Assembly: GCA_043754275.1 (NCBI GenBank)
Contig: JAYUVE010000042.1
Location: 10,124-74,123, forward strand
Direction: 5' to 3'
Length of the DNA: 64,000 bases
DNA from: Microbacteriaceae bacterium
GTDB lineage: Bacteria; Actinomycetota; Actinomycetes; Actinomycetales; Microbacteriaceae
How positions within the stretch are numbered: the stretch's first letter is position 1; every line of letters starts with the position of its first letter. The notes beneath the pieces are model-generated. The model was not told where the DNA came from. It did not search any database and worked only from the letters and a program-made list of their open reading frames with translations. The position numbers and the translations under genes are program-made. This document shows, in pieces, positions 20,915 through 30,790 of this stretch.

Positions 20915-21355
20915 ATGACCGAGATCCGCGACATCCGCGAAGGCGACCACGACAACTGGCGGCGCCTGTTCACCGAGTACGGCGTCTTCTACGAGACCCA
21001 CTTCGGCCCGACCGTGCTCGACGGGGTTTGGGCCTGGCTGATGGATGCCGAGTCAGAGGTCTGCGCGGTGGTGGCAGTCGACGGTGGGCGCGCGTTCGGC
21101 TTCGCGCACTACCGCCAGCTGCCCGACACGTTCACCGCCGGTCCCGCTTGGTTTCTGGACGACCTCTACGTGGAGCCGGGTCACCGCGGCTCTGGCGCCG
21201 GGGCCGCGCTCATCGACGCAGTGGCTGAGCGCGCGGCATCCGATGGTGGCGGCACGCTGCGCTGGATCACCGCCGCGGACAACGAGACCGCGCAGAGTGT
21301 GTACAACCGGGTGGCCAAGAAAACCAGCTGGGTCACCTACGAGCGGGAGACCTGA
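20915..21355 (+). CDS. GNAT family N-acetyltransferase
   Basis: LDDLYVEPGHRGSGAG acetyl-CoA motif, WITAADN. Confidence 0.9.
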   Translation: MTEIRDIREGDHDNWRRLFTEYGVFYETHFGPTVLDGVWAWLMDAESEVCAVVAVDGGRAFGFAHYRQLPDTFTAGPAWFLDDLYVEPGHRGSGAGAALIDAVAERAASDGGGTLRWITAADNETAQSVYNRVAKKTSWVTYERET

Positions 21356-21573
21356 TGCAGCTCGGCACTCGCTGGGGTGTGGGCGAAGAGCCGCCGGCTC
21401 GACTGTCGGCCGACTTCGTGGCTGCGATCCGCGCCGTCGAAGCTGAGATCGGGCCGAGGGACTGGCGCTGGACTCTGACCTGGCTCGAGGGCCGGCCCGT
21501 CGCCGAGCTCGACGACGGCACGATCATCCGCGTGGGGTACGACGGGGCGCCGACCACCGAGCAGCGAGACTAG
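21355..21573 (+). CDS. Small hypothetical protein
   Basis: TGATG coupling to the GNAT gene; Trp-rich WRWTLTWLEGRP. Confidence 0.7.
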   Translation: MQLGTRWGVGEEPPARLSADFVAAIRAVEAEIGPRDWRWTLTWLEGRPVAELDDGTIIRVGYDGAPTTEQRD

Positions 21574-22103
21574 CCCTTCTCAATCAGGATCTTGAGTTTC
21601 ACGAGCGATTCTTCGAGCGACTTCTGCATGATTGCCGCGGTGCTCGCGTCGTAATCGCCGTGCGCGAGCTTGGCCTCCGCGCGGTGGACCATGCCTTCGA
21701 CCAGGTGGCGGACGAAGAGGTTCTGCCCTTCGAGCGCCTTGTCCACGGCGCTGTTGTCGGGCTCAGCCCAGTCGGTGTCTGACGCCAGCTCGAGGTGGGT
21801 GCCCGCTCCGATGTCGGTGAGCTTGTAGGTCGACAGTGAGTCGCCGCCCGGGTAGGTGATAGTCACCGAGAAGGTGGCCGGCGGGTCCCAGTCTGTAACC
21901 GTCAACGCGGTCACGCGGGTGCCGCCGCCCGGGTTCGGCATGGTTCCCCGCGAGGTGTAGCCCACCCTCAGGTCTGAGACGTGCTCCGGCATGGAGCCCG
22001 CGCCGCCCATCCAGGCCGTGAGCTTGTCACGTTCGGTCAACCAGCTGAATACCTCAGCCCGCGGCGCCGCGATATCGATAGACCCCTTTGTCAACATTCC
22101 CAT
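21570..22103 (-). CDS. SRPBCC/START-domain protein
   Basis: IDIAAPRAEVFSWLT...W, VTDWDPP. Confidence 0.75.
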   Translation of the reverse strand: MGMLTKGSIDIAAPRAEVFSWLTERDKLTAWMGGAGSMPEHVSDLRVGYTSRGTMPNPGGGTRVTALTVTDWDPPATFSVTITYPGGDSLSTYKLTDIGAGTHLELASDTDWAEPDNSAVDKALEGQNLFVRHLVEGMVHRAEAKLAHGDYDASTAAIMQKSLEESLVKLKILIEKG

Positions 22104-22121
22104 GCAGAGAACCTATCCTCG

Positions 22122-23435
22122 TTACTCCTCGTAGCTGTTCGCCTTGCTGCAGGTCGCCTGCGCTGCGGTCTGCCCGCTGATGCTCGACGGCAGGGCAACA
22201 GGGGCGGCCGCCGGTTGCGAAGGTGCCGTCGTCGTGGGTGCGGGTCGCCTGAGTAGGTCGGCGACGGATGGGGTGCTGCTCGGCGATGGCGCAGGGGCCG
22301 GAGCCGGGGCATCCAACGCTCCCCTGCCGAGGGTGCCCGTGAGTTGCAGCGGAGTATCGGCGGCCAGCGCGGCGTCGAGCGCATTGGCCGCGTCATCGTC
22401 GGTCACCAGCCGGTTGGGGTTCTCTGGGTCCGGCGCGGTCGGGAACTGCAAGAACACGATGTTCGACAGGCTGACGTTCTTGAGGGTGAGAGCCAGCGCG
22501 ACCATTGTCGTGGGGTTGGCCAGGGATTCTGAGGCTTGGAGATTGGATGCCGCGGCATTCGCCAACTGGTACAGCACGATCGGGTTAGACAGCACTCCCT
22601 CGCCCATCACCTGCCGCACCAGTGCGGAGAGGAACACCTGCTGGTTGCTGATCCGGCCAAGATCGCTGCCGTCACCCACCCCATAGCGGGTGCGGACGAA
22701 GCCGAGCGCGTTTGCCCCGGAGATGCGCTGCACGCCCGCCGGCAGGTTGAGCCCGGCCGAGCCGTCGACGATGGGGGCATTCAGGCACACCGTGACGCCG
22801 CCCACGGCATCGGCCATGGCGATGACACCGTCGAAGTTGATAGTCGCCGCGTACTGGATGCTGAGCCCGGTGAGCGACTCCGCCGTGAGCACCACACAGG
22901 AGAGCCCACCATCCGCCAGGGTGGTGTTGAACATCGCCTGCGACTCGGCGGAGTTGGTGCCGCCCTGCCCGTCGGGGCACGCCGGGATCGGGACTTCGAG
23001 GTCCCGGGGGATGCTCACGACCGCGGCGCTCTGGTGGTCGGCCGCGATGTGCAAGATCATGGTGACGTCGTTGTTGCCGGCTCCCGAGCTGCCGGCCAGC
23101 TGGTCAGCACTGTTGAACTCGCCGCCCTGGCCGCTGCGAGTGTCGGTGCCCGCCAGCAGGATGTTGGCTCCCCCGCTGATCGCACCCACCTCCGGAACTG
23201 CTGCCACCTTGCCGTTCGCATCGAGAAGTTGCACGCCGGGTTTGATGTGGCTGGTCGTCGAGGCCACGAGCACTCCGGCGATGATGAGCGAACTCGCGGC
23301 GATCACTGCGACGCTCGCCAGCAGCAAGCGCGCCACGCTGCCCACGGCGCCCGGCGCCTTGCCCTTGCGATGACCGATCGCTCGTGCGGCGAGCCGTCGG
23401 CGAGTGGGGGCGGCGGGTTCGAGTGCACTGCTCAC
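22122..23435 (-). CDS. LytR-CpsA-Psr (LCP) family protein
   Basis: NILLAGTDTR, VSIPRDL, FVRTRYG, DLGRISNQQ. Confidence 0.92.
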   Translation of the reverse strand: MSSALEPAAPTRRRLAARAIGHRKGKAPGAVGSVARLLLASVAVIAASSLIIAGVLVASTTSHIKPGVQLLDANGKVAAVPEVGAISGGANILLAGTDTRSGQGGEFNSADQLAGSSGAGNNDVTMILHIAADHQSAAVVSIPRDLEVPIPACPDGQGGTNSAESQAMFNTTLADGGLSCVVLTAESLTGLSIQYAATINFDGVIAMADAVGGVTVCLNAPIVDGSAGLNLPAGVQRISGANALGFVRTRYGVGDGSDLGRISNQQVFLSALVRQVMGEGVLSNPIVLYQLANAAASNLQASESLANPTTMVALALTLKNVSLSNIVFLQFPTAPDPENPNRLVTDDDAANALDAALAADTPLQLTGTLGRGALDAPAPAPAPSPSSTPSVADLLRRPAPTTTAPSQPAAAPVALPSSISGQTAAQATCSKANSYEE

Positions 23436-23514
23436 CCGGCGAGAATAACCTGCCGCGCCGCGAGCGAGCCGCGAGATGGGGCCAGTGCGCGCAAGCCCAC
23501 AGCAGATGTGGGGC

Positions 23515-23566
23515 TGCTTCTCAGGCGGTGCTTCTCAGGCGGTGCTGCTCAGGCGGTGCTGCTCAG
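23515..23566 (+). repeat. 14-bp tandem repeat x3.7
   Basis: TGCT(T/G)CTCAGGCGG units overlapping the methyltransferase stop. Confidence 0.85.
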
Positions 23567-24411
23567 ACGCGCGCGATCACCTCTCCGTGCACCATGGCGA
23601 GCCAGCCGGTGTCAGAATCCGCCCACTCACGCCAGGCCGCGCTGATGCGCTCGAGTTGCTCCTGCGTCGCGAGGCCCTTGCCCAGGGCATCCCCTGCGAA
23701 AGCCGACTGCAGAACGCGCGCCTCCCACATGCTGCCCCACCATTCGCGGTCTGTCTCGTTCGAGAAATTCCACACGGATGCCGTGGTCGCAACCGCCGTG
23801 AACCCCGCTTCCTGCGCCCAGGCTTTCAGCCGTCGCCCCGCATCGGGCTCTCCCCCGTTGCTGCGGTGGACGCGCTCGTAGAGGTCGAGCCATTCCGCGA
23901 GCGCTGGCAGCAGCGGGAACCAGATTGTCGCCGCGTAATCCACGTCGCGCACGGCCACCATGCCGCCCGGTTTCACCACCCTGCGCATTTCGCGCAGCAT
24001 CCTGACCGGGTCGGCGACGTGCTGGAGGGTCTGGTGGGCGTGTGCGATGTCGAAGCTGTCATCGTCGAACGGGAGCGCGTAGGCATCTCCCGTGACGAAT
24101 TCCAGATTGGTTCTTTCGTTCTCTCGAGCGGTCGAACCGCTCAGGGCAGAGGTGTCGCGTCGCGCCTTGTCAATCACCTCCGCTGATGCGTCCAGTCCGA
24201 CCACGCGGCCTGGCGTGAGGCGGTCGGCGAACTCCACGGTGATGGTGCCGGGGCCGCAGCCCACATCGAGAAGGGAGAGCCCGGGCTCCAGGTAAGGCGC
24301 GAGATAGGCCGCCGAGTTGTCGATCGTCCGCCACGTGTGTGACTTGAGTACCGACTCGTGATGACCGTGGGTGTATCGGTCCAGAGGGGCGCGCTCTTCG
24401 GGGGGAACCAT
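23563..24411 (-). CDS. Class I SAM-dependent methyltransferase
   Basis: LLDVGCGPGTIT, LPFDDDSFD, VKPGG. Confidence 0.9.
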   Translation of the reverse strand: MVPPEERAPLDRYTHGHHESVLKSHTWRTIDNSAAYLAPYLEPGLSLLDVGCGPGTITVEFADRLTPGRVVGLDASAEVIDKARRDTSALSGSTARENERTNLEFVTGDAYALPFDDDSFDIAHAHQTLQHVADPVRMLREMRRVVKPGGMVAVRDVDYAATIWFPLLPALAEWLDLYERVHRSNGGEPDAGRRLKAWAQEAGFTAVATTASVWNFSNETDREWWGSMWEARVLQSAFAGDALGKGLATQEQLERISAAWREWADSDTGWLAMVHGEVIARV

Positions 24412-24433
24412 GCTTGAAGAATAGGCTTACCGG

Positions 24434-26458
24434 ATGGTCAATCCCTTCTTCGAGCCGTCCACGCTGCCCTTCGGAATGCCGCCCTTCGCGCAGATCGAGG
24501 ACGAACATTACCGGCCCGCATTCGAGAAGGGGATGGCCGATCACCTGGCGGAGATCCAGAACATCACTCGCCGACGCGACATGCCGACCTTCGAGAACAC
24601 GATGATTCCGCTCGAGCAGGGCGGCCAGATTCTCGAACGCGTGGCCACGGTCTTCTTCAACAAGACCTCGGCCGATGGCAACGACTTCACCGAGGAGCTC
24701 GAAGAAGAGATCGCCCCCCTGCTGGCCGCACATTCCGACGCGATCAAGCTCGACTCGCAGCTTTATTGGCGCATCAAGACGCTCTACGAACAGCTGGATG
24801 AACTGGGCCTCGACCCGGAGTCGCGCTACCTCGTCGAGCGCTACTACATGGAGTTCACTATCGCCGGCGCCGGGCTCGATGACATCGAGAAGCAGAAGCT
24901 CCGCGACTACAACCAGAAACTCTCCACGATCACCACCCGGTTCGAGAAGAACCTCCTGGCCGACACCAACGACCTCGCGATCGAAATCGAGGATGTCGCG
25001 GACCTCGACGGGCTCGAACCCGGCGAGATCTCGGCGGCAGCCGAGGCCGCGAAAGACCGTGGCCTGCCCGGCAAGTACCTCGTGACCCTGGTCTTGCCCA
25101 CTGGACACCCCTTCCTCGCTTCTCTCACTAACCGCGAGGTGCGCGCGCGGATCATGGCCGCATCCCGGGCCCGCGGCAACCGGGGCGGCGACTGGGACAA
25201 CGGCGAGCTCGTGCTCGAGATCACCCGCCTGCGCGCCGAGCGCGCCCAGTTGCTCGGCTTCGAATCGCATGCGGCCTGGGTCATCGCCGACGAGACCGCG
25301 AAGACCCCGGAGAACGTGGCGGCAATGCTCGAGAAGCTCGCGGTTCCGGCGGCGCGCAACGCCAAGGAAGAGCAGCTCGACCTCGAGGCCCAGGCCGGCC
25401 AGCCTATCGAAGCGCACGACTGGAGCTTCTACAGCGAGAAGGTGCGCCAGGCGAAGTACGACGTCGACACGGCGCAGATGCGCCCGTACTTCGAGGCGGA
25501 GCGGGTGCTGAAGGATGGCGTGTTCTACGCCGCCACGCAGTTGTATGGCGTGACGTTCACCGAGCGCAGCGACATCCCCGCCTACCACCCGGACGTGCGG
25601 GTCTTCGAGGTGACGGATGAGGGAGGCTTCGCCGTGGGCCTGTACACGCTCGACCTGTACACCCGTGACTCGAAGCGCGGCGGCGCGTGGATGAACTCGC
25701 TCATCTCGCAGTCGAGCCTGCTCGGGCATCCGGTAATCGTGACGAACAACCTCAACGTGCCCAAGCCCGCGGCCGGCGAGCCGACGCTGCTGACCTACGA
25801 CGAGGTGGAGACGTTCTTCCACGAGTTCGGGCACGCGCTGCATGGCTTGTTCGCGCGGGTGACCTACCCGAAGTTCGCTGGCACCAACACCTACCGCGAC
25901 TTCGTCGAGTTTCCCAGCCAGGTCAATGAGATGTGGATGCTCTGGCCGGAGGTCTTGGCCAACTACGCGGTGCACCACCAGACTGGGCAGCCGATGCCCC
26001 AGGAGTTCGTGGACAAGATCCAGGCCTCTTCGGCGTTCAACGAGGGCTTCGCAACGAGCGAGTACCTCGCGGCGGCCCTGCTCGACCAGGCCTGGCACAC
26101 GATCGTTGCCGGGCAAGAGCTGACCGACGTCGCGGCGTTCGAAGCCGAAGCGCTGCGCAAGGCCGGGCTCGACAACCCCGCCGTGCCCACCCGGTACTCG
26201 AGCACGTACTTCCAGCACGTGATGTCGACTTCTGCGTACGACGCGGGGTATTACTCCTACATCTGGAGCGAGGTGCTCGACGCCGACACCGTGGAGTGGT
26301 TCAAGGAGAACGGCGGGCTGACGCGCGCCAACGGCGACCGGTTCCGGCAGCGGCTGCTCGGCGTGGGTGGGTCGAAAGACCCGCTCGAGGCTTTCCGCGA
26401 CTTCCGCGGGCGCGACGCCGACATCCAGCCGCTGCTCGATCGGCGCGGGCTGAACTAG
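24434..26458 (+). CDS. dcp: M3 family peptidyl-dipeptidase Dcp
   Basis: KRGGAWM, FHEFGHALHG, RDFVEFPSQ, YYSYIWSE. Confidence 0.92.
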   Translation: MVNPFFEPSTLPFGMPPFAQIEDEHYRPAFEKGMADHLAEIQNITRRRDMPTFENTMIPLEQGGQILERVATVFFNKTSADGNDFTEELEEEIAPLLAAHSDAIKLDSQLYWRIKTLYEQLDELGLDPESRYLVERYYMEFTIAGAGLDDIEKQKLRDYNQKLSTITTRFEKNLLADTNDLAIEIEDVADLDGLEPGEISAAAEAAKDRGLPGKYLVTLVLPTGHPFLASLTNREVRARIMAASRARGNRGGDWDNGELVLEITRLRAERAQLLGFESHAAWVIADETAKTPENVAAMLEKLAVPAARNAKEEQLDLEAQAGQPIEAHDWSFYSEKVRQAKYDVDTAQMRPYFEAERVLKDGVFYAATQLYGVTFTERSDIPAYHPDVRVFEVTDEGGFAVGLYTLDLYTRDSKRGGAWMNSLISQSSLLGHPVIVTNNLNVPKPAAGEPTLLTYDEVETFFHEFGHALHGLFARVTYPKFAGTNTYRDFVEFPSQVNEMWMLWPEVLANYAVHHQTGQPMPQEFVDKIQASSAFNEGFATSEYLAAALLDQAWHTIVAGQELTDVAAFEAEALRKAGLDNPAVPTRYSSTYFQHVMSTSAYDAGYYSYIWSEVLDADTVEWFKENGGLTRANGDRFRQRLLGVGGSKDPLEAFRDFRGRDADIQPLLDRRGLN

Positions 26459-26486
26459 GGAGCATCCTTAGCCATTGATTCCGGTG

Positions 26487-26621
26487 CCACTGGGTATCCC
26501 TTTTCAGCGAGGTAGGGCACAGTGCCCGTTGCTGAATGGACACCCCTGGCCCGTCCGACAGCGGTTCGAGGGGGCAGTATTCACGCCCGGTCGTGTGGGC
26601 TGCGTGGAAACTGCCCTTTCG
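26487..26621. repeat. Two long imperfect intergenic palindromes
   Basis: 26487-26550 (TTCAGCGA..GGGCAC-A-GTGCCC..TTGCTGAA) and 26567-26621 (GAGGGGGCAGT..ACTGCCCTTTC). Confidence 0.6.
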
Positions 26622-26675
26622 GCGCACCAAGTGAGTCGATCGCCAGTTGCTCGACGCCGCGTCTTAGCATGGGGC

Positions 26676-27155
26676 ATGGCCAGCCAGAGCCGTGCACGAT
26701 TGACCCGAAGCCAGTTGATACTGCGCCTCCAAACGGATGTTGCCGAAACTGTTGCTGACGGTGTGGCACTTCAGCAGGCCATCGCCGACCACCTCTCGCT
26801 CTCCCCCAGCGACTTACGTGCGGTCACGGCGCTCATGCGCGCGGGAACGGCCACGGCCGGCGACCTCGCGGAGGCCAGCTCGCTCACCACTGGTGCCGCG
26901 ACCCGCATGATCGACAGGCTCGCGAAGGCCGGCTGGGTGGTGCGGCATCCCGATTGAGCCGATCGACGAAAAGTGCTGGTCAGCCTGCGCAAGGAGCGAC
27001 GCGGCGAGCTGGGTGAACTCTACGCGGGGATGTCGGCGAGCTGGAGCGACGCCCTTGCCGACAAGTCCGACGCGGAGCTTGCCACCGTGCTCGAGCTGTT
27101 CGAGCGCATGCGCGAGGTGTCGCGCAGCCATGCGGCCGCGCTCCGCGAGGTCTAG
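26676..27155 (+). pseudogene. MarR regulator with in-frame TGA
   Basis: LTTGAATRMIDRLAKAGWVVRHPD*ADRRKVLV; stop at 26955-26957 lies in the wing and the frame continues to TAG at 27155. Confidence 0.85.
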
Positions 27156-27331
27156 CCGATCGTTACGGTCTTAGCTCCAGTCGCCAGTCGAGCGCGAGGT
27201 GCGTCCGAGCAGGGCGCCGTCGACAGGGTGCCAGTGGCTGGAACCGACCTCAGAACGCTCGGGGAAGCCGCGAAGGTCCAGAAATGTCCTTCATTGCGCG
27301 AACGTTGTGGGGTGGCCGCCGACGGCCGGTC

Positions 27332-27381
27332 CGCATGCACGCCCCGGGCGCATGCACGCCCCGGGCGCTTGCACGCCGCGG
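27332..27381 (+). repeat. 17-bp tandem repeat x3
   Basis: CGCATGCACGCCCCGGG twice plus a degenerate third copy, just past the benE stop. Confidence 0.85.
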
Positions 27382-27388
27382 TGACGCC

Positions 27389-28567
27389 TCACGGCTGCAG
27401 TGACGCTCGCCGCCGCCAGGACAGCCACGACATGACGATGCCGCCGACGAGCAACCCCCAGAACGCCGAGCCGATGCCGAGCACGACGACTCCGGATGCC
27501 ACGACCAGAAAGGTCACAATGGCGGCGATGCGATGCCGCGGATCCTCCAGCGCGTTGACGATGCTCGTGACCAGCGCGCCGAGCACTGCAAGACCGGCGA
27601 CCGCCGTGATGAGGACGGTCGGCGCGGCGCTCACGAGAGCAGCCGCGACACCGGCTCCGAGACCGAGCGGAACGTAGAGGATGCCGTTGGTCAGGGTCGC
27701 TATCCAACGCTTGGTCGGGTCGGGGTGCGCCTCCGGCCCCGACATTATCGCCGCCGTTATCGCACCCAGGTTGATGGCGTGGGCCCCAAACAGGTTGGCC
27801 GCGGCCGAGCCGAGACCGGTGCTCACCAGGGCGAACCGCGGCGGCCCGACGTAACCGTAGGTGGTGAGCACCGTGAACCCCGGCACATTCTGGCCGGCCA
27901 TCGTCACGATGAACAGCGGGAGGCCGAGGCTCAGGATGATCAAGAGATCAAAGGTCGGCGTCACGAACCCGAGGTGTGGCGTGAGGGTCGCCGCGCCGAG
28001 CCAGCCGGTGCCTGCAGACACGAAGACCGCGATGATCGCCACGGCCATGGCAGCAGGCACCGCCCAGCGTGGAGCCAAGCGGAACAGCATGAGCCAGACG
28101 ATCACGACGGGGCCGGCGAGCAGCGGAAGAGTCGCGACCGCCTCGATCGGCGCGAGGCAGATCGGCAGTAGCACGCCCGCGAGCATTGCGCTGGCTATCG
28201 GCCGGGGAATCCGGACTATCGCGCGGCCGAGAGCCGGCCACAGGCCACACAGGATGATCAGGGTCGAGCTGACGAGGAAGGCGCCGACGGCATCCGAGAA
28301 TTTGATGCCGCCGCCGGATGCCGCAAGTAGCACGGCCGCACCGGGCGTCGACCAGGCGATCGCCATCGGGATGCGCAGCCAGAGCGCCGCCACGATGTTG
28401 ACGATCGCCACCGCCAGGCAAAGGGCGAAGAGCCCCGACGCGGCCTCTGCCGAACTCGCGCCCACGGCCCGAAGGCCGGCTATGACGAGGACGAACGAAC
28501 TCGCGAACCCGGAGATCGCCGCGACAAAACCTGCAGAGATCGGGTGGGCGATTGATGACGTACTGAT
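27389..28567 (-). CDS. benE: Benzoate/H+ symporter BenE family; ATC at the expected start
   Basis: AWSTPGAA, LPLFIVTMAGQNVPG, GIGSAFWG; the family-like frame HPISAGFVAAISGFASSF extends upstream to ATC at 28567. Confidence 0.8.
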   Translation of the reverse strand: MSTSSIAHPISAGFVAAISGFASSFVLVIAGLRAVGASSAEAASGLFALCLAVAIVNIVAALWLRIPMAIAWSTPGAAVLLAASGGGIKFSDAVGAFLVSSTLIILCGLWPALGRAIVRIPRPIASAMLAGVLLPICLAPIEAVATLPLLAGPVVIVWLMLFRLAPRWAVPAAMAVAIIAVFVSAGTGWLGAATLTPHLGFVTPTFDLLIILSLGLPLFIVTMAGQNVPGFTVLTTYGYVGPPRFALVSTGLGSAAANLFGAHAINLGAITAAIMSGPEAHPDPTKRWIATLTNGILYVPLGLGAGVAAALVSAAPTVLITAVAGLAVLGALVTSIVNALEDPRHRIAAIVTFLVVASGVVVLGIGSAFWGLLVGGIVMSWLSWRRRASLQP

Positions 28568-28597
28568 TCTGCCAGCCTAGGGGCGCCGCCGGTCGGG

Positions 28598-30790
28598 CTA
28601 CCCGGGCCAATCCGCGGCGAGTGGCCCGAACACCGGCGCGAGCGTCGGCCAGGCTTCCTCCCGCGCGTAGACCGGCAGTTCGTCGATCGGTGTGCTGCGC
28701 GACACGACGCGGCCACCGGCCACGGTCTCGCCCGTGAAGGCGTCCACCCAGCTCCCGGCAGGGAGGTACACGTCCCACGTCGACGCGCTGGGCTCGAGCA
28801 CGGGCGCGACGAGCAGGTCGGGGCCGAGCATCCACTGCAGCGGGTGATCCCAGACCTGGCTGTCACCCGGGTGGTCGAAGTAGAGCGGGCGCATCAGCGG
28901 AGTCGACGACGCGATCGAGGCGCGCGCGGCATCCGCGAGGTAGGGAACGAGACGCTCGCGCAGCTTCGTGAAGCGGCGGAACAGCGGGATGACGCGATCG
29001 TCCCCGGTGCGCTCCGCGATGTTCCACGGCGTGCGATCCCGGCTCGGGGTGCGGTGGTGGTTGAACTCGGAGTGGTACTGCATGATCGGCACGAAGGCGC
29101 CGGCCGCGGCCGAACGCAGGTAGAGCTCGGCATCGGGCACGTCGCCGGAGAAGCCGGCGAAATCCCAGCCCCAGTAGAGGATCCCGCAGGATGCCGCCGA
29201 CAGCCCCGCGAACATCGACCAGCGGAACGCGTCCCAGGTCGAGTTCTCGTCGCCGGCCCAGAAGGCGCCATGCGACTGGCTGCCGGTGAACCCGGCCCGG
29301 CTGAACGTGACCGGCGCCTTGCCCGCCGATTCGAGCAGGTCGCCGTAGGCCTTCGCGTAGGCCACCGGGAACGTGCTGTTCGCCTCGTCGCCGTGCCTGC
29401 CGTCCAGATAGCGCAGGTCGCGACCCCAGGCGTGCTCACCACCGTCGGTCTTGAAGCCGTCGATCCCGAGCTCCTCGACGAGGTAGCGGCGGCGATCGGT
29501 CCACCACATCGCGGCGCGATCATCCGTGAGGTCGGGCATCAGTCCCAGCGGGAACCACCAGCCGCGGTTGCGGTAGGGGCGGAGGGAGCCGTCGGGGGCC
29601 ACCTCTTTGATGAGCACATCCTCGCGGATCGCGGTCGCGGCATCCGCGGCGACCTGTCCGCGCGGATGCGGGCGCAGTTTGATGAGCGGAATCTGCCACA
29701 GGTGCAGACGGATGTCGCGGGCATGCAGTTCATCGACCATCCCCCTCGGATCCGGCCACGGGCCGTCCTCAGGGAACCTGTAGTCCGCGAGCCGGTGCGG
29801 CCCGTCCGTCACCTCGTACTCGGAGCCGCGCCATGCCGTGAACGTGCTCTCGTCGCTCCACGCCTCGATCACGACCGACCCCACCGGGATGTCGTGGTCG
29901 CGATGCGCGTCGACCTGCCGCATCACCTCGGCCTGGGTGTTCCACTCGTTTCCGCTGGCCCACAGCCGGAAGACCCAGTCGGGCAGCTCCCGCGGCTTGC
30001 CCACCTCCTTGAGGAAAGCATCGAGCACGGCCGTCGGTGTGCCCTCATAGATCGCGACGTCGACGGCGCCATCCGGCCCGGTCTCCGCTTCGACCGAAAG
30101 ACGGTCGGGCGTGCTCTGCCCCACGTCGAACCACACGCGGCGTGAGCTGCGCACGTGGAAGCCCCAGCCGCGCCCACCCACCACGTGGGCAAACGGCATT
30201 GGCAGGTAGGTCTTACGCTCGGCGCCCTGGTTCTTGTACTGCTCGAACACGATGGAGTCGAGTGAAGAACCCCGATGATCGAGTGCGTCGTAGCGCTCCC
30301 CGAACCCGGTGACGTGTTCACCGGGCGCAAGGGGCAGCGAGAATCGCACGCGGTGGATGGCCTCGCCGTCGTCGAGCGCGGTCGCGTCCGGGTATCCGGC
30401 AAGTTCGAGGGGCCGCCAGCTGGCGACCCGGAAGTCGAACCAGCGGGTCTTCTGCCCTCCCGCGATAAAGCGGTAACGATAGGCGTCACCGGCCACGAGT
30501 CCATCCAGCGTCGTGGACCAGCCGCTCGAAGCCCGCGAGAGCCGGGCCTGCGCCGAGGCGAGGTGCCCGCCGTCGGCCACTTGGCCGCGGGACTTCCGCT
30601 GTGCGGGAGCAAGACCGCGTGTCAGCACCGACCCGCCGTTGACGGAGAACTCGATCACGACATCCGCAACATCTCCCGAGGTCCGCACGCCGACGGTGAC
30701 GGGCTCGCCCGCGATCGGGTCGACCGGATGCCGCTGCTCGGTGTCAATGGAATAGGGGTGCCCCGATCCGAACGGGCGGTGGCGGATCAT
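28598..30790 (-). CDS. GH31 glycosidase, 1,3-alpha-isomaltosidase-like
   Basis: MIRHRPFG..HPY N-terminus, VIEAWSDE, GFKTDGGEH nucleophile, WAGDENS, MQYHSE. Confidence 0.85.
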   Translation of the reverse strand: MIRHRPFGSGHPYSIDTEQRHPVDPIAGEPVTVGVRTSGDVADVVIEFSVNGGSVLTRGLAPAQRKSRGQVADGGHLASAQARLSRASSGWSTTLDGLVAGDAYRYRFIAGGQKTRWFDFRVASWRPLELAGYPDATALDDGEAIHRVRFSLPLAPGEHVTGFGERYDALDHRGSSLDSIVFEQYKNQGAERKTYLPMPFAHVVGGRGWGFHVRSSRRVWFDVGQSTPDRLSVEAETGPDGAVDVAIYEGTPTAVLDAFLKEVGKPRELPDWVFRLWASGNEWNTQAEVMRQVDAHRDHDIPVGSVVIEAWSDESTFTAWRGSEYEVTDGPHRLADYRFPEDGPWPDPRGMVDELHARDIRLHLWQIPLIKLRPHPRGQVAADAATAIREDVLIKEVAPDGSLRPYRNRGWWFPLGLMPDLTDDRAAMWWTDRRRYLVEELGIDGFKTDGGEHAWGRDLRYLDGRHGDEANSTFPVAYAKAYGDLLESAGKAPVTFSRAGFTGSQSHGAFWAGDENSTWDAFRWSMFAGLSAASCGILYWGWDFAGFSGDVPDAELYLRSAAAGAFVPIMQYHSEFNHHRTPSRDRTPWNIAERTGDDRVIPLFRRFTKLRERLVPYLADAARASIASSTPLMRPLYFDHPGDSQVWDHPLQWMLGPDLLVAPVLEPSASTWDVYLPAGSWVDAFTGETVAGGRVVSRSTPIDELPVYAREEAWPTLAPVFGPLAADWPG

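Noticed and set aside
26955-26957. Selenocysteine read-through of the marR TGA
   Set aside because: Not a Cys-type position, no evident SECIS, and a CGA-to-TGA change explains it.
27245-27253. CGACCTCAG matching the IS left-guide region near another repeat arm
   Set aside because: Followed by AACG rather than TAGG and in the opposite orientation relative to the arm; plausibly chance.
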